From Entomortierella parvispora E1425 (lineage: Eukaryota > Fungi > Mortierellomycota): 64,000 nucleotides of DNA. Shown here piece by piece: positions 1 through 13,600 of this stretch. A program made the translations under genes and the position numbers. The DNA lies in the NCBI GenBank assembly GCA_020891255.1, contig BQFW01000014.1:372001-436000 (forward strand), read 5' to 3'. Positions within the stretch are counted from its first letter, which is position 1. The number at the start of each line of letters is the position of its first letter. The notes below the pieces were generated by a model. The model did not search any database and was not told the origin of the DNA. It worked only from the letters and a program-made list of their open reading frames with translations.

Positions 1-364
1 GGCATAACACAATGGGATGGCGAGGTGCTGTGTAATTGGGACTGATCGGCATCGTGTAGCCATAGTTTTTTATCCGACGATCGAGTCCTCGCCAAGGCTG
101 TAGAGATGGGTACTGCTCATGCTTTGGCATCTCCACCTCGCGACTGTACGACACATTAGACGAAGAGGGGGACGAGGAAGACAACGACGAGGAAGCAGAG
201 GATGTGGAGGCGGAGGAGCCCTTGTTCTTTTCAAGTCCAGACTTGGCGCCCACAAGGCCCAAGCTGGTCTTGATAGAAGTAAAAGCGGCACTTGTAGAGT
301 TGGCCGTGGCCGAGAGTGTGGAGCGAAGATGGGAGAGGAGGAACGAAGTGGTGTTTACCAGCAT
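1..364 (-). CDS. TGL2: Triacylglycerol lipase, Tgl2/lipase 2-like (5' part only; gene runs off the left edge)
   Basis: Minus-strand frame from ATG at 364 (in-frame TAA at about 428-430 upstream) reads MLVNTTSFLLSHLRS...NYGYTMPISPNYTAPRHPIVLC(H). The P-x-x-P-I-V-L-C-H-G motif opens the alpha/beta-hydrolase domain of fungal Tgl2-type lipases. Catalytic residues are outside the window. Confidence 0.75.
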   Translation of the reverse strand, partial: MLVNTTSFLLSHLRSTLSATANSTSAAFTSIKTSLGLVGAKSGLEKNKGSSASTSSASSSLSSSSPSSSNVSYSREVEMPKHEQYPSLQPWRGLDRRIKNYGYTMPISPNYTAPRHPIVLC

Positions 365-1119
365 GGTGGAGTCTTTCAGCAGGAAGTGTGGGGGAGTGAG
401 GTCAAAGTGGCGCGTCGCTTGAGGGAATTACCGCCAAGGAAGAAGGTCAGGGCAAAGAATACGGTAGATGAAAAGAGTGGAGAGGACCAGAGGATCCCGT
501 GATGCAAAGCAAAAGTGAGGCTGTCAAGCAAGTGGTACCAGCCGTGAGAGGGAGAGGTGTGGCACTTCAGAATAAAGCGGGAAGGATGCTAGACGTGAGG
601 ATCGAGGAAAGTGAAGAGAATAGGTGGTGCAATGCACAACTGAATGGGAGAATGTGGAGGAATCGATTCAACCGTTGGCGCCCGAACAAAATGGCTCGCA
701 ATGACGTGTGTCATGTGATGTTGGTCACCTGATGCCGCCTGACATTCACAAATTCTTAAGGGGGGTTTTATTCTACATGGCATTTTCAGATGGTAATATC
801 GAAGATATGGAAACAAGAGAGGAAAAGTACACTTGAAACAACGAACGAGCTAATGAACAGGAAGCAAAGAAGGGGCCAAGGTGTCTGCCTGACCGACTGC
901 TAAAGCAGAAAGGTTACGGGCGGGTAAAGAGGGTGGATACAACGTGCACCGAATGCGGACAATGACCTTCTTCTTTTGGCTTGGGAATGTGGTTGGTCTG
1001 CTTGACCAACCGCAACGACGGAAGAGTCGCTAGGGAATAAGAGAGGGTGGATACAACGTGCGTCGAGAGCAGACCATCATCTGCTTCGCTTTTGCCTTGG
1101 AATGTGCAGCGTGAATTGT

Positions 1120-2533
1120 TCACTGACGCAGATGAGGCTGGTGGTAGGCAAAGGTAATTGGTGGAGCCTGTGGGGCAAGTCCTTGATCCGAGACATCGTG
1201 TCGGTGGATTCGGATGTGCTGGTTCAGATTGTCGCTACGCGAGAATCGCCTTGTGCACGAGTCGATAGGGCACCCAAATGCTGGAAATGAAAAGCAATTC
1301 GATAGCTGGATTAGTTGATTTGAACATCCTCGTCAAGCCTGGGTTCTCTACTTCATCGAACTTACGTTTTTCTAGAGTATGGACGGAACGGATATGTCGC
1401 TTGAGGTGCTCCTGGCGTCTGAACGGTCGATGGCAGTCGTTGAACTGACATTGATAAACAGGTCCTTGTGCGTCTGTGCAGACAGAAGCCCGTCTTGCCT
1501 TGACCTTGGATGCCTTGTGGATCGGTTGCGATGAAGAAGAAGACGACGACGACGACGTTGATGTGGTGGACATGATTGATGTCGAAGAAGACGACTGAAG
1601 CATGGCGACGCTCTCTGGGGGATTACCCTCGATGGATGATGAGGCCAGATAATCTTGGAAATCGTCCGAGTGGCTGAGAGGGAAGAGGGAACCGGTAGAG
1701 CCGTGTCTGGACCAGGCATAGTCTGGAAAATCATTTTCAGTGTCAAAGGTCGATAGGCCAGCTTCAAAGAAAGAGATAGATTGGCCACGCAAAGCAGGTC
1801 GAAAAGGAGCAGTGGATGGATTTTCATACGAAGGTGTGAATGTAGTATCGGTGCTGCTGTCGGACGAGGTGGACGAAGTTGGTGAAGAGCTAGCCGGGGC
1901 TGGAAGGGCTTTGTCCATCTGTTGTTGGCTAAAGGTTTCAGAGGCACCAAGACCAGCAGCAGCGTTGGAAGGAACTTGCTGAAGAAAGGGATCCGTGGGG
2001 AATTCAAGCTTTTGCTTTTGCGGGAGGGCCACATCCAGGTCATCAAATGACGTCGTCAATTGGTCCATAGGATGTACAGGTTGTTGGTAGACGAAGTTTG
2101 GACCTGCTCCGCAGCTGAGGTTGCCAACCATAGAGTTTGAAGGAAGAATACCTGAACCGAAGGGCGAGGGACCATTGTTACCTCGGAGGGACTGAGCTGA
2201 TGATGTGGGGGGCACAGATGTCGCTGTTGTCAAAGGATTTTGACCGAGAGGAGGCAGACCTTGTTGAGCTCCATATGGTATGAAGACGTCCTGACCATGA
2301 CCAGAAAAGTGCATGTGAGGTGCAGATATTGAGCGTGAGAAAAGCGGTATCGCGCCTATGGCCATGGTCGGAACTGCAGCTGTCATCTCCATGAGTCGCT
2401 GTGCTTGCTGCTGCTGGTGTTGGTGTTGGATTTGAGACTGCTCTTGCTGTTGTAGGTGCTGATGGAGCGCCTGCTGGCTTTGGGGCAGGTATGGGTGCGA
2501 GAACTGACGCGGTCTTTGATCAAAGTGAGCCAT
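1120..2533 (-). CDS. C2H2 zinc-finger stress-response transcription factor, Msn2/Msn4/Seb1-like; join(1366..2533,1120..1280), 442 aa
   Basis: Q-rich and S-rich N-terminus. Splicing GTAAG(1365)..CCAG(1281) gives two fingers: [65 protein letters not shown] and RSDNL are the STRE-binding Msn2/Seb1 signature. Confidence 0.88.
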
Positions 2534-3882
2534 GGGTATTTTTTTTTTTGCTCTGGGCAGAAGGAGGGAGGAGGTGGCGGGGAGAAGGTGGTGTCGGACG
2601 AGTGAGGTTGATGCCCAAACGGCTCGGATGTTGACAAAGAATCTAGCCTAGTGCCAGGGTTGCCGGAAGAGTCGAAGTGAGAGTGTTGATAACGTGTGAT
2701 GCGGCTGGGATCAATCTGCGGGGAGGAGCGACAATTGTTTGGACGTGACGAGTGAAGGGCACTGAAGAGTTAAATGCACTGCAAAGAATGAAGTAAAGGA
2801 AGTGGAGGGTGGGCTGGGCAGGGACTTGAGCTGCGGTTTTCACAGAGGTGTCAGTGGGAAGAACAACGACGTAGAGAGAATGTGCAAGAGTCGGAAAGAA
2901 AACAGGGAGGAGTGAAATGGTGGACATGGGCTTGGGGAAGGGTATTTATGTTTTCTGCTTTGAAATGTGCCGGATAAGGTGGGTGGTCGATGCGAAGGGA
3001 AGCGAAGGACAGCGTCAAAGCCTCAGAGAAGACAAGAAGAACGTATGCAGGGAGAGGACCGTTGCTGCGATCGGACGTCCCTTTGTCTTCTCCGTGAGTG
3101 GCAAAAGACAATTGAATTGCGGAAAGTAAAATGAAGGAAAGTGCTCGGTGCATCTCGCTCACTAACAGGTCGAAAGACGACAGTGTCGATTCAATAAATG
3201 GCCTCTTGTCATTATTCAGTGCTGCACCGAATGAAAGGCCGTTTTGAATGGCAAAGGGACGCCAAAAGGAAAGCAAAGGGCCGCCGTTACACTCGATGGG
3301 AAGCGATGGGATGGGATGGAATAAAGGGAAACACAAGATTCTTTACTAGATTTTTGAAAGGAACCTTAACAGGCCTTTGTGTTTGTTTTTTTTGGCATGC
3401 CTGCGCGTGCAACAAGAGCAATCTGACTGTGGCCGACAGCACCGCGCTGGACAAATTGAGAGTGGAGGCCCGCGTTTGTTGACAGTCAGTGCTGGTCGTT
3501 GTGTTCATGGTCGGTGTACGCTGTCTTTGAAGTTATTGTTCTGTCGCCCATGGCAAGCCGACTGGGGCCCCAGTGGATGCAGTGCGTCTTATGACTAGCT
3601 ATACCGACGATATTGTTATCAATACCTGAGAATGAGGCGAGAAGGGAAGGAATCGAGAAATTGAATTCGAGAAAGAAACAAGAGGGAAACTGAAAGTAAA
3701 AGGCGAAATGAAATGTTCGTGATGAAAATCTGGAATAAAATTATTCTATGGTTGATATTCATCCCAAACCAGACAAGAACCTCTTTGGTCATCTTGGCGT
3801 CTTCTCTGGTGAGGTACTCGGCCAGGGGTGCAAGGTGCACGAGCCTATCCATCCTCCGTGGCACTTCGTTCATTTAGTTGCC

Positions 3883-4012
3883 CTGTCTGCCTGACTGTCA
3901 GCCTGTCTGTCCGTCCCTTCATCTCCGCCCGTCCGTCCGTCTCTCTCTGTCTGCCTCAGTCTGCCTCTGTCCGTCTGTCTGCCTGTCTGTCTCTCCCTCT
4001 CTCTGTCTGACC
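3883..4012. repeat. Degenerate tetranucleotide microsatellite (CTGT/CCGT/CTCT)n
   Basis: Directly visible imperfect run; it explains the low-complexity ORFs at 3828-4224. Confidence 0.8.
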
Positions 4013-7000
4013 ATCTGTCGCCCTTTCGCACTCGTTCCAATCATTTCCCCCTGGTCTCTTTCCCCCACATGCAAAAGCGCCACACGCAACGCCAAAATGG
4101 GAAGGATCGTCTGGGAATGGGTTAGCGGAAATAGTCCAAGGAAAACGACGGAGTGTTGTTGTCCACTGCATTTGGTATTAGGGGTGAGAAACTGAACCTT
4201 GAAACAAAGAGGACCAGATCCCATATCCCATTCACATCGCTTTAATCACAGCGGCCCTTGATACCTGGCGATTGTCTCTCTGCCCTTCTGGTCTTCATAG
4301 GTGTTGCACAGATGCCAAATGCATGCAATCTCAAATTAGATAGGTGCTTCTGGCCAAGTCCCATTGCATTACCCCCCTCCAACCGTTGAGGATGCGTAAG
4401 CCTGCTCTCGTTGGAAACACAAGCGGGACTTTCCCTGTTCTTTGCACGATTGTACACGATAGGTGTATCATGATCCCTCCTTAATCCTTGATGGGATAAG
4501 AACTGGTACCTTGGACTGTACGCCTTCGGTTAATCGCTCATGTCCGTTCTCCAACACACCATGCAATTTAACAAAGGGTCGTGATGTTGGATGGCCACGA
4601 GATGGTGGTTGATATTGACACGCAAGAATATTCGTGCACACAGCGTGTTCTTCCTCTGATAAAAACACCTATCGCCTATGGTCAAGCTGGACACTCGAGT
4701 ATAACGACATCTCTTCGAATGCAACCTCTGTCATAGTTGGACACAATCCAACCCAAGGAAACTGAAAGACGGGCTGATATCCGCAGGCAATGCGGCGTCT
4801 TGTTCCACTATTTTAGAATCAAGGAATAGCGTTAGTGTTTGGGAGGTACCTGCCCAAGAACAGATCCAAGGCTGAACTTTAGTAAAACTTGCAGATCGCT
4901 TTCTTCACCTTGTTTTCCGCCCGATCCTTGTCATACGGCCTGAAACAGACTTTCAGTTCTCCGTGCTTCCCAGAAGTCTGGGCACTGGAAACTGGACACA
5001 ACAGACTGGGTTTTCGGCACATCAGCTCAGGTTCCAAGGTTACGGATAGCAAATCAAGCGGACACCAATCATGTCCCTGTTTGTTTTCCTCTTATTCTCT
5101 GCTGCCAGCTCTGCGTCCGTTCCATCCTTTGCTTTGAGCCTTTGGAGGCCGCTGACGGGATGAGCCCCGGCTCACTGATTACATGTTTTTATTCTAGAAA
5201 CACGGTCCTTGCTCCTTCTTGGGCCCTTTGCCTCACATGCATGGGTGTGGGCACTGTCCACTCCATACGGTGGCCCTGCCGTAACCAGCAAGCTACTGTA
5301 CAGAGTACACTGCGGAGAATTGAAGTATGTGCATCAATGTTTTTTAACGGCAAAGTGTGGGACGAGAGGAGTATTCTAGTTCTTTTCAAGTTGATTCTGC
5401 TGTGTCAGGCTCCTTCCCCATGCCCCGGGACAAGACCACATTTATTTGTACAAACCTTGCCATGGACCAACCATCCAGATCTAGTAATCGTTCTTTCCAC
5501 TTAGAAAAGTGTTGGAAACGATAGCGATCCATCGTACTTTCAACAAACGGGCTGAGCAGTTGCATCACGCCTTGCCCCACCAACAAAAAGCCAATCCTGA
5601 CTTCTCAAAGCTGAGCTGTCTCAACTATAATGATGGCCCTACCGCGGCGTGCAAGATTGTTACTCTCGAGAAACAGTGTATACTTGCGTGGTCAGTCCGT
5701 TTGTTACCGCATTCGGCACATCATTGCCATATTGGACTTTCATTTTGCCTGTGTATGCCTTGGCTTACCTTTTTTGTCTTTGGACATTCTCTATAGTTCC
5801 ATGCTTTTGTGACAATCGCGGGTATCGGTCTCGACTGAGCTATAATTAACGAGACAGGCCCTTACCATTGATGAAGTTGCCCTACCCAGAGCTCGGTGAA
5901 TCACCCGAGTGCATCGGAGAAGTATCTGCTTCCTGCCCTTTTTTTTTTTTTTTTTTTTTAGCTCATCATCACACCTGTTTGCCAAGGTACCCCCTAAACG
6001 TCATATCATGGCGTCTTCTTTTATCGGCGTGCGGAGTCAAGTAATGGCTGCGACAGACATGTCCATGAACAGACAGCGATCAAAGCGATCAAGCGATACC
6101 TCTTTTTTTGCAACGATCGCCAGCGGACTTCACTACTTCCCCGTGATTAGAGTTCATCTGGCGGCAGTTAACACACCACGTGCTCCGCCCTGAGTCCACG
6201 CCATGAAAGCCTCTTTTGAGTCCTTTGACCAGTCAAACGACTCATCGGGCGCTGTGCAAGCTCAAGGCGTGCCTTCGTTCGTGGACATGGCCGGTGGCCG
6301 CTCTTGGTAGTGATTTCCGCCTTGTGGTTTGCCGTACCCTATCAAGATACAACATGCGGGATGACGAGAGGAAGCTTTCAAGTGAGAAGCTGCTGTGTTC
6401 CAATCGCAGTTTTTTTTTCCCTTCTTCCTACCTTCCTACTCTCATGCATCACAGCATCCTCAATGCTTTTTTTTTATTTTTTTTTATATATATCTACTCC
6501 AGTTTGCTCTCAGACACTGCTTTCACATTGTCTTTTCCCTGGTTCTTCCAGCCCGAAAAGTTCCGCCCATCCTGTAGCGCGTTTCCTCTATCTACTGCAG
6601 TTTGCCTCCATGCCTTGCTTGTTGTTATCCTCTGCGGAAAAAAACTCGGGCTGGTAATTTAGTCCGCCGCGGAAACTTTGAGAAAGACGCAAATCGCGCC
6701 TCGTTCTCTCTCTAGCCATTTTCAATTACACCAAATAAGAATATTATTATCGTGCTCATTGTTTTTGTACGTCTTATCCCTATTGTAAAAACAGAGGACT
6801 ATTGAATGTAGGGTATTATTCGACACCCACGCTCTCCCTAGCCCGCAGCCCGAAGGCAAGTGTTACGAATGATTTGAGGCAATTGAAACGGTAGTCGTCA
6901 CTCTATTGCTTTGTCCTGGTGGATGCTTCATTGTAGAAGAACTAAATGGTTCATCTTCTTGGGAGAATTGGCTGATACTCATGGTACTACAGCACATGTA

Positions 7001-8209
7001 TACGGAGGATAGAAAAAGGAGATATTATTTCAGGAACGAAGCTTGGTAACTCTGAAAAGTTCACCTTCTAGAGAAGGTTGAGGCCCGGTCGACCTCAACG
7101 GTGGCACGGCGCCGCCGGAGCTGCGTGTGCAAATGCATGCAAATTGTCGATCCTTGAACTATCCTTCGCCCCCGAGCAATTGAGGGAGACGGACTTGCGA
7201 CAAACCAGAAACGCCATGGCAAAGCATCTAAGAGCCTGCCAAAGTGCTGCTCTCGCCCACCCTCTTTTGTCCTCGATGTTGATTTTTTTTTTTTTTCCTG
7301 AAAGAGAAAATAAACGTTCGGCTGTTGTCCCCGCACCCACGCGCCGCATTTTCAAGAGCGGCTGATGCCCCCTCTTCCATGCCCCGTTCCTAGAGGAGCA
7401 GACTAGAATTCCCACAAGGGCCATTTTTAGAAAAGATGGTGTAGATGACCATGTGCTCTTTAACAGGTAGGTTTTGATGATCGGTTATCGATGCATTGTA
7501 GCTCTGGTATGGTCTTGTACAAGGGTGGGCAGTCTCGACTATTGAGAGAGTTTATCGAAACACAGCATGCAGTGAAAAAAAAAGAAAAAAAATGGAGCGT
7601 GGACCATGGGCACTGTTGGGAACGTGGCTTCCAACTACTCTTGCATGGACAATTCAAATGGAAAAATTGTTTTATCAGAGCAGTGCTTCTTTTGTTCTAA
7701 TCAAGGACCAGGAAAGAGCGATTGTGAACATTTTTTTTTTTTGTGTTTGTGTCGGTCTTCGAAAAATGATGCTTCTATGATGAACCATTGGGCCGTGGTG
7801 GGAGGTGGCAAGGAAGCGCACAAACGTGCACGGCATTTTCAATTGAAGCAAAAAGGCGCCGCAGTGAGGACAGGGTCTTTGCCCAGACCGGTCACTCATC
7901 GATCGCCCGGCTCTTTCTTGGTCCCAATCCCGTGGGCCGGGTTATCTGTCTTGTGCACATCAGCAAGAAAAAAAAAAGAATAAGGTGTTGTGAACCCAAA
8001 AGAGATTCGCCTGGAGGCGGGTGGTGGTGGTGGTGCAAGGGCAAAAAGATCCTTGGCCATTTTTTTTTGCGGTGGCAAAGCGAAAACGCGAAATAAAAGT
8101 AAACTTTTTTCTTGAATAATGGTGGCGTCTCCTTCTCTGTGTGCGTGTGCGACCACGGCCGAACCACATTGCATTCCTTCCACTCCATCCATCCATTTAC
8201 CCCATCGAC

Positions 8210-10629
8210 ATGGACAACCAGGGTTCCACCGACAACAACACCAAGCTTGTCCAGGACCTTGCTCGTCAGCTCGCTGGTCAGTTTTCGTCAATCCGCAGGC
8301 AGGGGTCTGATGCCACCCATCCACTCAACACGGACACGACTTCACCATCTGCAGCACAGGCGAACAATGCAGACAATGTGCAGAGCTCCAGCACAACAGA
8401 CATTGCTGCCCTTGCCGACCAGCTCGGGATGCTGCTAAACCGAGGCAGTGCCGCTTCCTTGGTGGTGGAGCCTCCTGTCACGACGTCATTTGAGGACGTG
8501 CCGGACCCCTCCATTTATGAAATGCAGTTTGCAGAAACATTCAACCGGGTTAATTCCTCCGTCCTGAGGTTTGAAGACCGGGACCTCTTGGTAAACAAGA
8601 AGATAGTAGATCACAGGGCAGGAAACCACTGCCGTGCACTGCGCTCTTTCTATGTCGGTATTGCGCTTGGGTAAACAAATCTAATTCGCGAGCCTCTTTT
8701 GTTTTTTGTTAGGATATGGCGAGCGAACAAATGGACATTGGTCGACTTTTTGAAGAAGCAGAGGCCATGGCGAAAGACTTTCCTGAGGATAGCACGGATG
8801 ATATTGTAATCAGGTAGGACCTGCATGTGAGTCAAAGCCCCGCATGAATTTGGTCACGAACTCCTCTCTCAGACCTTGAAGGATGAAAAGCTATAGCACT
8901 GTGGTCTTGCGAGTACCACATTATTCAACATCATCTAACCATTACCTGTGGTTTCTGGCTCCCCCATTCTTTGATGACGCGTGCATGCTGATTCGCTGCA
9001 ATGTGCGCGTTTAGACGTCTGCTGCACTGGTTCAAGAATGATTATTTCACTTGGGTGAATGAACCGCCTTGCCAGACCTGTCAGGTATGTAGACTGCATG
9101 CGCGTTTCAGAATCGCGACTAAAAAACATTCCCTGTTTGAGTTCAGGATACCACATGGATTGCACAAAACAAGATGTTGGCACAAGATAACGAGGACTCA
9201 ACTGGCTTAAAAACAATACTGATAATAATACTCAATTAATTTTGATGCAGGGAAAAACGGTCTCTGCCGGAGGCGTTGCACCGTCACCACAGGAAAGGCA
9301 GGATGGAGCAGGGGCTGTTGAGACATATCGCTGTGTGCAATCGTGCCCAGGACTGACAAGATTTCCAAGATATGGTGGCATGTCCGCCATTTTATTCAAG
9401 ACGCGACGAGGTCGTTGTGGCGAATGGGCCAATGTAAGTGTTTTGCAGTAAGACGAGACATTGGATTGAATTTCATAGTATTTATCGTCCTCTGTACAGT
9501 GCTTCACCGTTCTCTGCAGAGCACTAGGATACAACGCGCGATACGTGCATGATACTACAGACCACGTGTGGACTGAAGTCTGGAGCGAGCACAAGAAGCG
9601 ATGGATTCACTGCGACTCTTGTGAAGCAGCCTATGATCAGCCGCTGTTGTACTCTACAGGATGGGGAAAATCCTTAAGTTATTGTGTGGCATTCTCAGGT
9701 AAGCTTTGGTTTTGTTCTTGAACAATGAAAGCGACGGGATTCCGAGGAACGAATGAAACTTGAGTTTTCTTTCACCTTGTTGACCCAAGTTTGTATTTTT
9801 TTTTTTTTTGTTTGCCTTTGCTTTGTTTTGTGGACTGCATGCATGTAGCTGAAGAAGTGGTCGATGTAACCAGGAGATACACCGTCGATTACTCGACCGT
9901 GGTAGCAAAACGACGGCGGTCCATTCGAGAACCTGTCCTCGCCAAGGTAAGGATAAGTGGAGAAGAAAAAAGAAAGTTGCCCTGCAGGACAAAGCTCTTG
10001 TTTTGTTTTCTATTCTTGGTGGGATTTTGTTGTTGGGTTCTGTCATAGAACATAGCATCTAGAACCTCTGCCAATGGAGTCTTTTTCACTTTGACTTTTT
10101 TCGATTTTTACGCCACGATGAGGTGCTCCGCCTAGATCCAGAAGCAGCAGCATGGTCCCAGCGTTTGTTTGCGAGGCTGCTTTTCGTTCGACTCTATTCG
10201 GGCGCGCGATGCTATGATCACCCATGAGCTGTCACGGTTGTCAGAGTTTTGCTGTCTAATGTGTTTTTTTTGTTTTTTTTTATAGTTTCTCCATCGAATG
10301 TCAGAAGCCAACTTGGCCCGTCTTCAACTCACTCAACAAGAGGTACTTTCGATTCGACAGCGTCAGGCTTTGGAGGCGGATGATCTCTCAGGTCGGAACG
10401 GCGATCGCCGTGCGATAGAAACTCGGGAACGAGAAAGTGGTAAGCAAATCGAGCTGTCGCACGTTTTAAGCGCATCATGGCCTACCCCTCCTATCCCATC
10501 TCCCTCTTTACTGTTTGGAAGTTCGATCATGTGCGCTTATTCATTTAACGAATATTTTTGTAACTCTTGCTGCTCCTGCCACAACTAGGGTCGGATGAGT
10601 GGACAAAGGCCCGTGGCGAGAGGCATTGA
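8210..10629 (+). CDS. PNG1: Peptide:N-glycanase, 8 exons, about 408 aa; exons 8210-8590, 8713-8813, 9015-9084, 9251-9433, 9500-9698, 9849-9946, 10286-10439, 10589-10629
   Basis: Spliced product contains [87 protein letters not shown] and the C-terminal [11 protein letters not shown]. All introns are GT-AG and the phases add up. Confidence 0.95.
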
Positions 10630-13600
10630 AGTTGCCCTTTTGCATGACAAACATATTATCAATCTTCAGGCGCGCTATGTCCACGCCTTGGCAACAAAGA
10701 GCTCGGACCTGCCACTCTATTACGGGTTCAGTCCAGGTAGAAGGGTGTCTCCAAATAACGGACATGGATGGGCGTCACATCACAGTTCAATTACTCCAAC
10801 TAACTACATAAAAACCAAGAATAAGAAATAAAAATCCAATGCGTGTCTTGACTGAAAGTGGTGTACTTTGCAACTAGAAGACGGGAGCCCAGGCGCCGAT
10901 CGACAACAGCACTGCTGCTCTATCTTCTCGTGCACTCTCCATCTTCTGATGGGGTATGCAAAGAAGAATACCGTTGGAGCAAGGTTTGCATGATTGTGTT
11001 TCATTGTTCTCTGCTTCTCTTCGTAGTGGGCTCGTTCGCAGCCTTCAACCTACGTTGACAAAGTTTCCCATTGGAGCGGAACTCCATCAATATTGTTTCC
11101 GTCTCCCCTGGCTTTCAATTGAGGATGCATGCAAACCATTGTCTTCTCGCAAAGGAAACACGCTTTTTCGCCCGCCACGCTGCATATCTTGCGAGAACCT
11201 GGGAAGCCAAGTTTAGCATGGTATTCAGTTGATAACATCGGGTTAGTGGGCCGGTAAAATCCGACGCTTACCATCCAATTGTCCTGCCGTGGGGGGCGAC
11301 CTGCTATGCCATATTCCGCCTCATTTCCAGCAATCAACCATCTCCACAGTCGGATCTCATCTATTTTTTTTTCTTTGTGTCCTTGCTGTTATCTTTTCTC
11401 CGCCCTCATGTCAATCAGTTCAAGAGAAAAGAGGGCAAATAAAGGGTGCCACGAAAGAATACCTTGCCCCGCCTCATCTATTTTTCTCCACAGGTGTCAC
11501 CAGCAACTTGATGTATGTGGAGGAAAAAGTGGCCTTCCTCAAAAAGCAAAGAATGGGAGAGCTTGGCCCAAAGCTTTTTTTTTTTGTGCTCCACAATTTC
11601 TCATTCTTGCAATTTCTTCAATACTCTAATTGCGCTGAATCAATTGAACAGACCCGACTGGACCATGCGCAGGCCCTGCGCCCCTTCTCTCGAACGATAG
11701 GATAGAACTTGCATGGTTTGTGCTCAATTTGTTGTTTACTCATCAATTGAACCAGGTCGGGAAGGTTTTTTTTTTTGGAAAAAAAAAAGTCTCGACTTTA
11801 CTTTGGCTTTTTGTTGGTCCAGTTTGGGCCTCATTGGGAGCATTTCCTTTGGTTGCACAAAAGCCAAGAAAGGCACAATTAAAACAAGTTTTTTTTTATT
11901 AACACAACTAGTCGCGTGCGAGTCGACCAACACGAAAGGGACACAAAGCGGGCAAAGCACAAAAAAACTAACCTTGACTGCGACGGGACACAGACATACC
12001 ACGAGAGGGTAAATAAAAATGCAGGCACGAAAGAGCAAAACGGACATATAGGCACTCTGACCACTCGCGCGCACACGCACAAAGGGGGGGGGGGGGGGGA
12101 GGGTTTCTGAAGGTGCTTGGTTTTGTGTCGAGAGGCAATGACCGTTCATTGACAATTTTTGCTCCATTCCACTTTCTCACACAATAAAAAAGCAGTGACC
12201 ATGCAGTCATGGACTGTCCAACGTTCACTCCCTTCGCCAAGACCTTGTGTCATGTCGTAATTGTTGGGTTTGAACAATTGGAAACCCGGGCCATGGGGCG
12301 GCATTGGACAAATTCGGCAAGCAAGCATGCTTTCGAGGATATAGTTTTCTTTGTGTCCTCCCAGACAGATTCTGTGGTCAAGGTACCCGGTCCAACCATC
12401 AATTAACTTCGCCCATCTCTTCTATCCCGAATTACGTAGCCTGGAATTACGCGAAAAAGGAGCCGTATCTCTCGTTACGAGAAAAAAACATGTGTTCTTT
12501 CCCATAGAACCACCTTCGCTCAATCTCCCTTTCGCTCTTGACGTTTCTTCTGTCCCAAGGCATATCAATTGCACCGCCTGCAGAATTCAAGGATTTGTTG
12601 CCCAACTCATCGCGCGCCTTCTCTCTTCTTCTCTGTCCTCCCGTCCCTTCTCTCCCCCTGTATTTGATCTGTAAAGGCACACGTTATGTTGTTGATATGG
12701 GCGGGTGAACGCCTTCATTCGTGATTGTTTTTTCGTCATTGTGCATGATCAGGCAGACAAAGGTCGAGAGGGAAGTGAGACAACGACGAAGACTATGAAG
12801 AACTGTGCGCAGAAATAATAGTACGATAAGATCTACGGGAATTTTTTCTCAAAGAAACGACGATCCGGATTTAAAAAAAAAGCTTCGCCTGGACACATGC
12901 AGAGGCCAATGGTTCCTGTATCACAGCCAAAGGAGATCTTTGACAAGAATAGTTGTGTTTCTGGTTCCAAAAGTAAAAATGCGCTTCGCCTCACCTACCA
13001 ATGTTTGACATTTTTTTTTATCCTAGGAGAAAGAGCGTCTTTGTGTACCTTACTGCTTTGTACCCCCAAATGGTTATGGCCAAGGTGCTTTGACACCTCT
13101 ATCTCTTGCTACGCGGACATGGCGACATTGGCCTGCCTCCTGCTTGTGCTGGTCAACGGGAGTCTTTTAATTGTCAGACTGCAGCTTTCCAAGGAGTCAG
13201 TTACACAAAAATGGAAGGACGGCCAACGAATTCAGAGAATCAAAAAACCAACTCTTCTTTTGTTCGAGAAAAAGAAGTGACCATCATCAAAGAGTAGACA
13301 GCCGAACAATGAACTAATGAACACACAGTCGGATGACAAAGTTGCAACTGATGTCGAGAGTCCTACTTTGTGTTGAGGTGTATCATTTAGTCCTGAATAA
13401 CAATTCTCCTCGCCTTTTGATGAATGGCGTGCACGAACAATTGATTGGCTCGCATGAATGGGGAAGCCCCACGTGTCGCTCCTGCTCTTGCTCGTACCCG
13501 TGAAAAAAAAAAAAAAAAAAAAAGAAGACAGACCCTTTGATAATCGTTGGATGCAATAGGGAGCATCAAGCAGGCACTGTCCTCTTTCCTTCCAAGGTCA

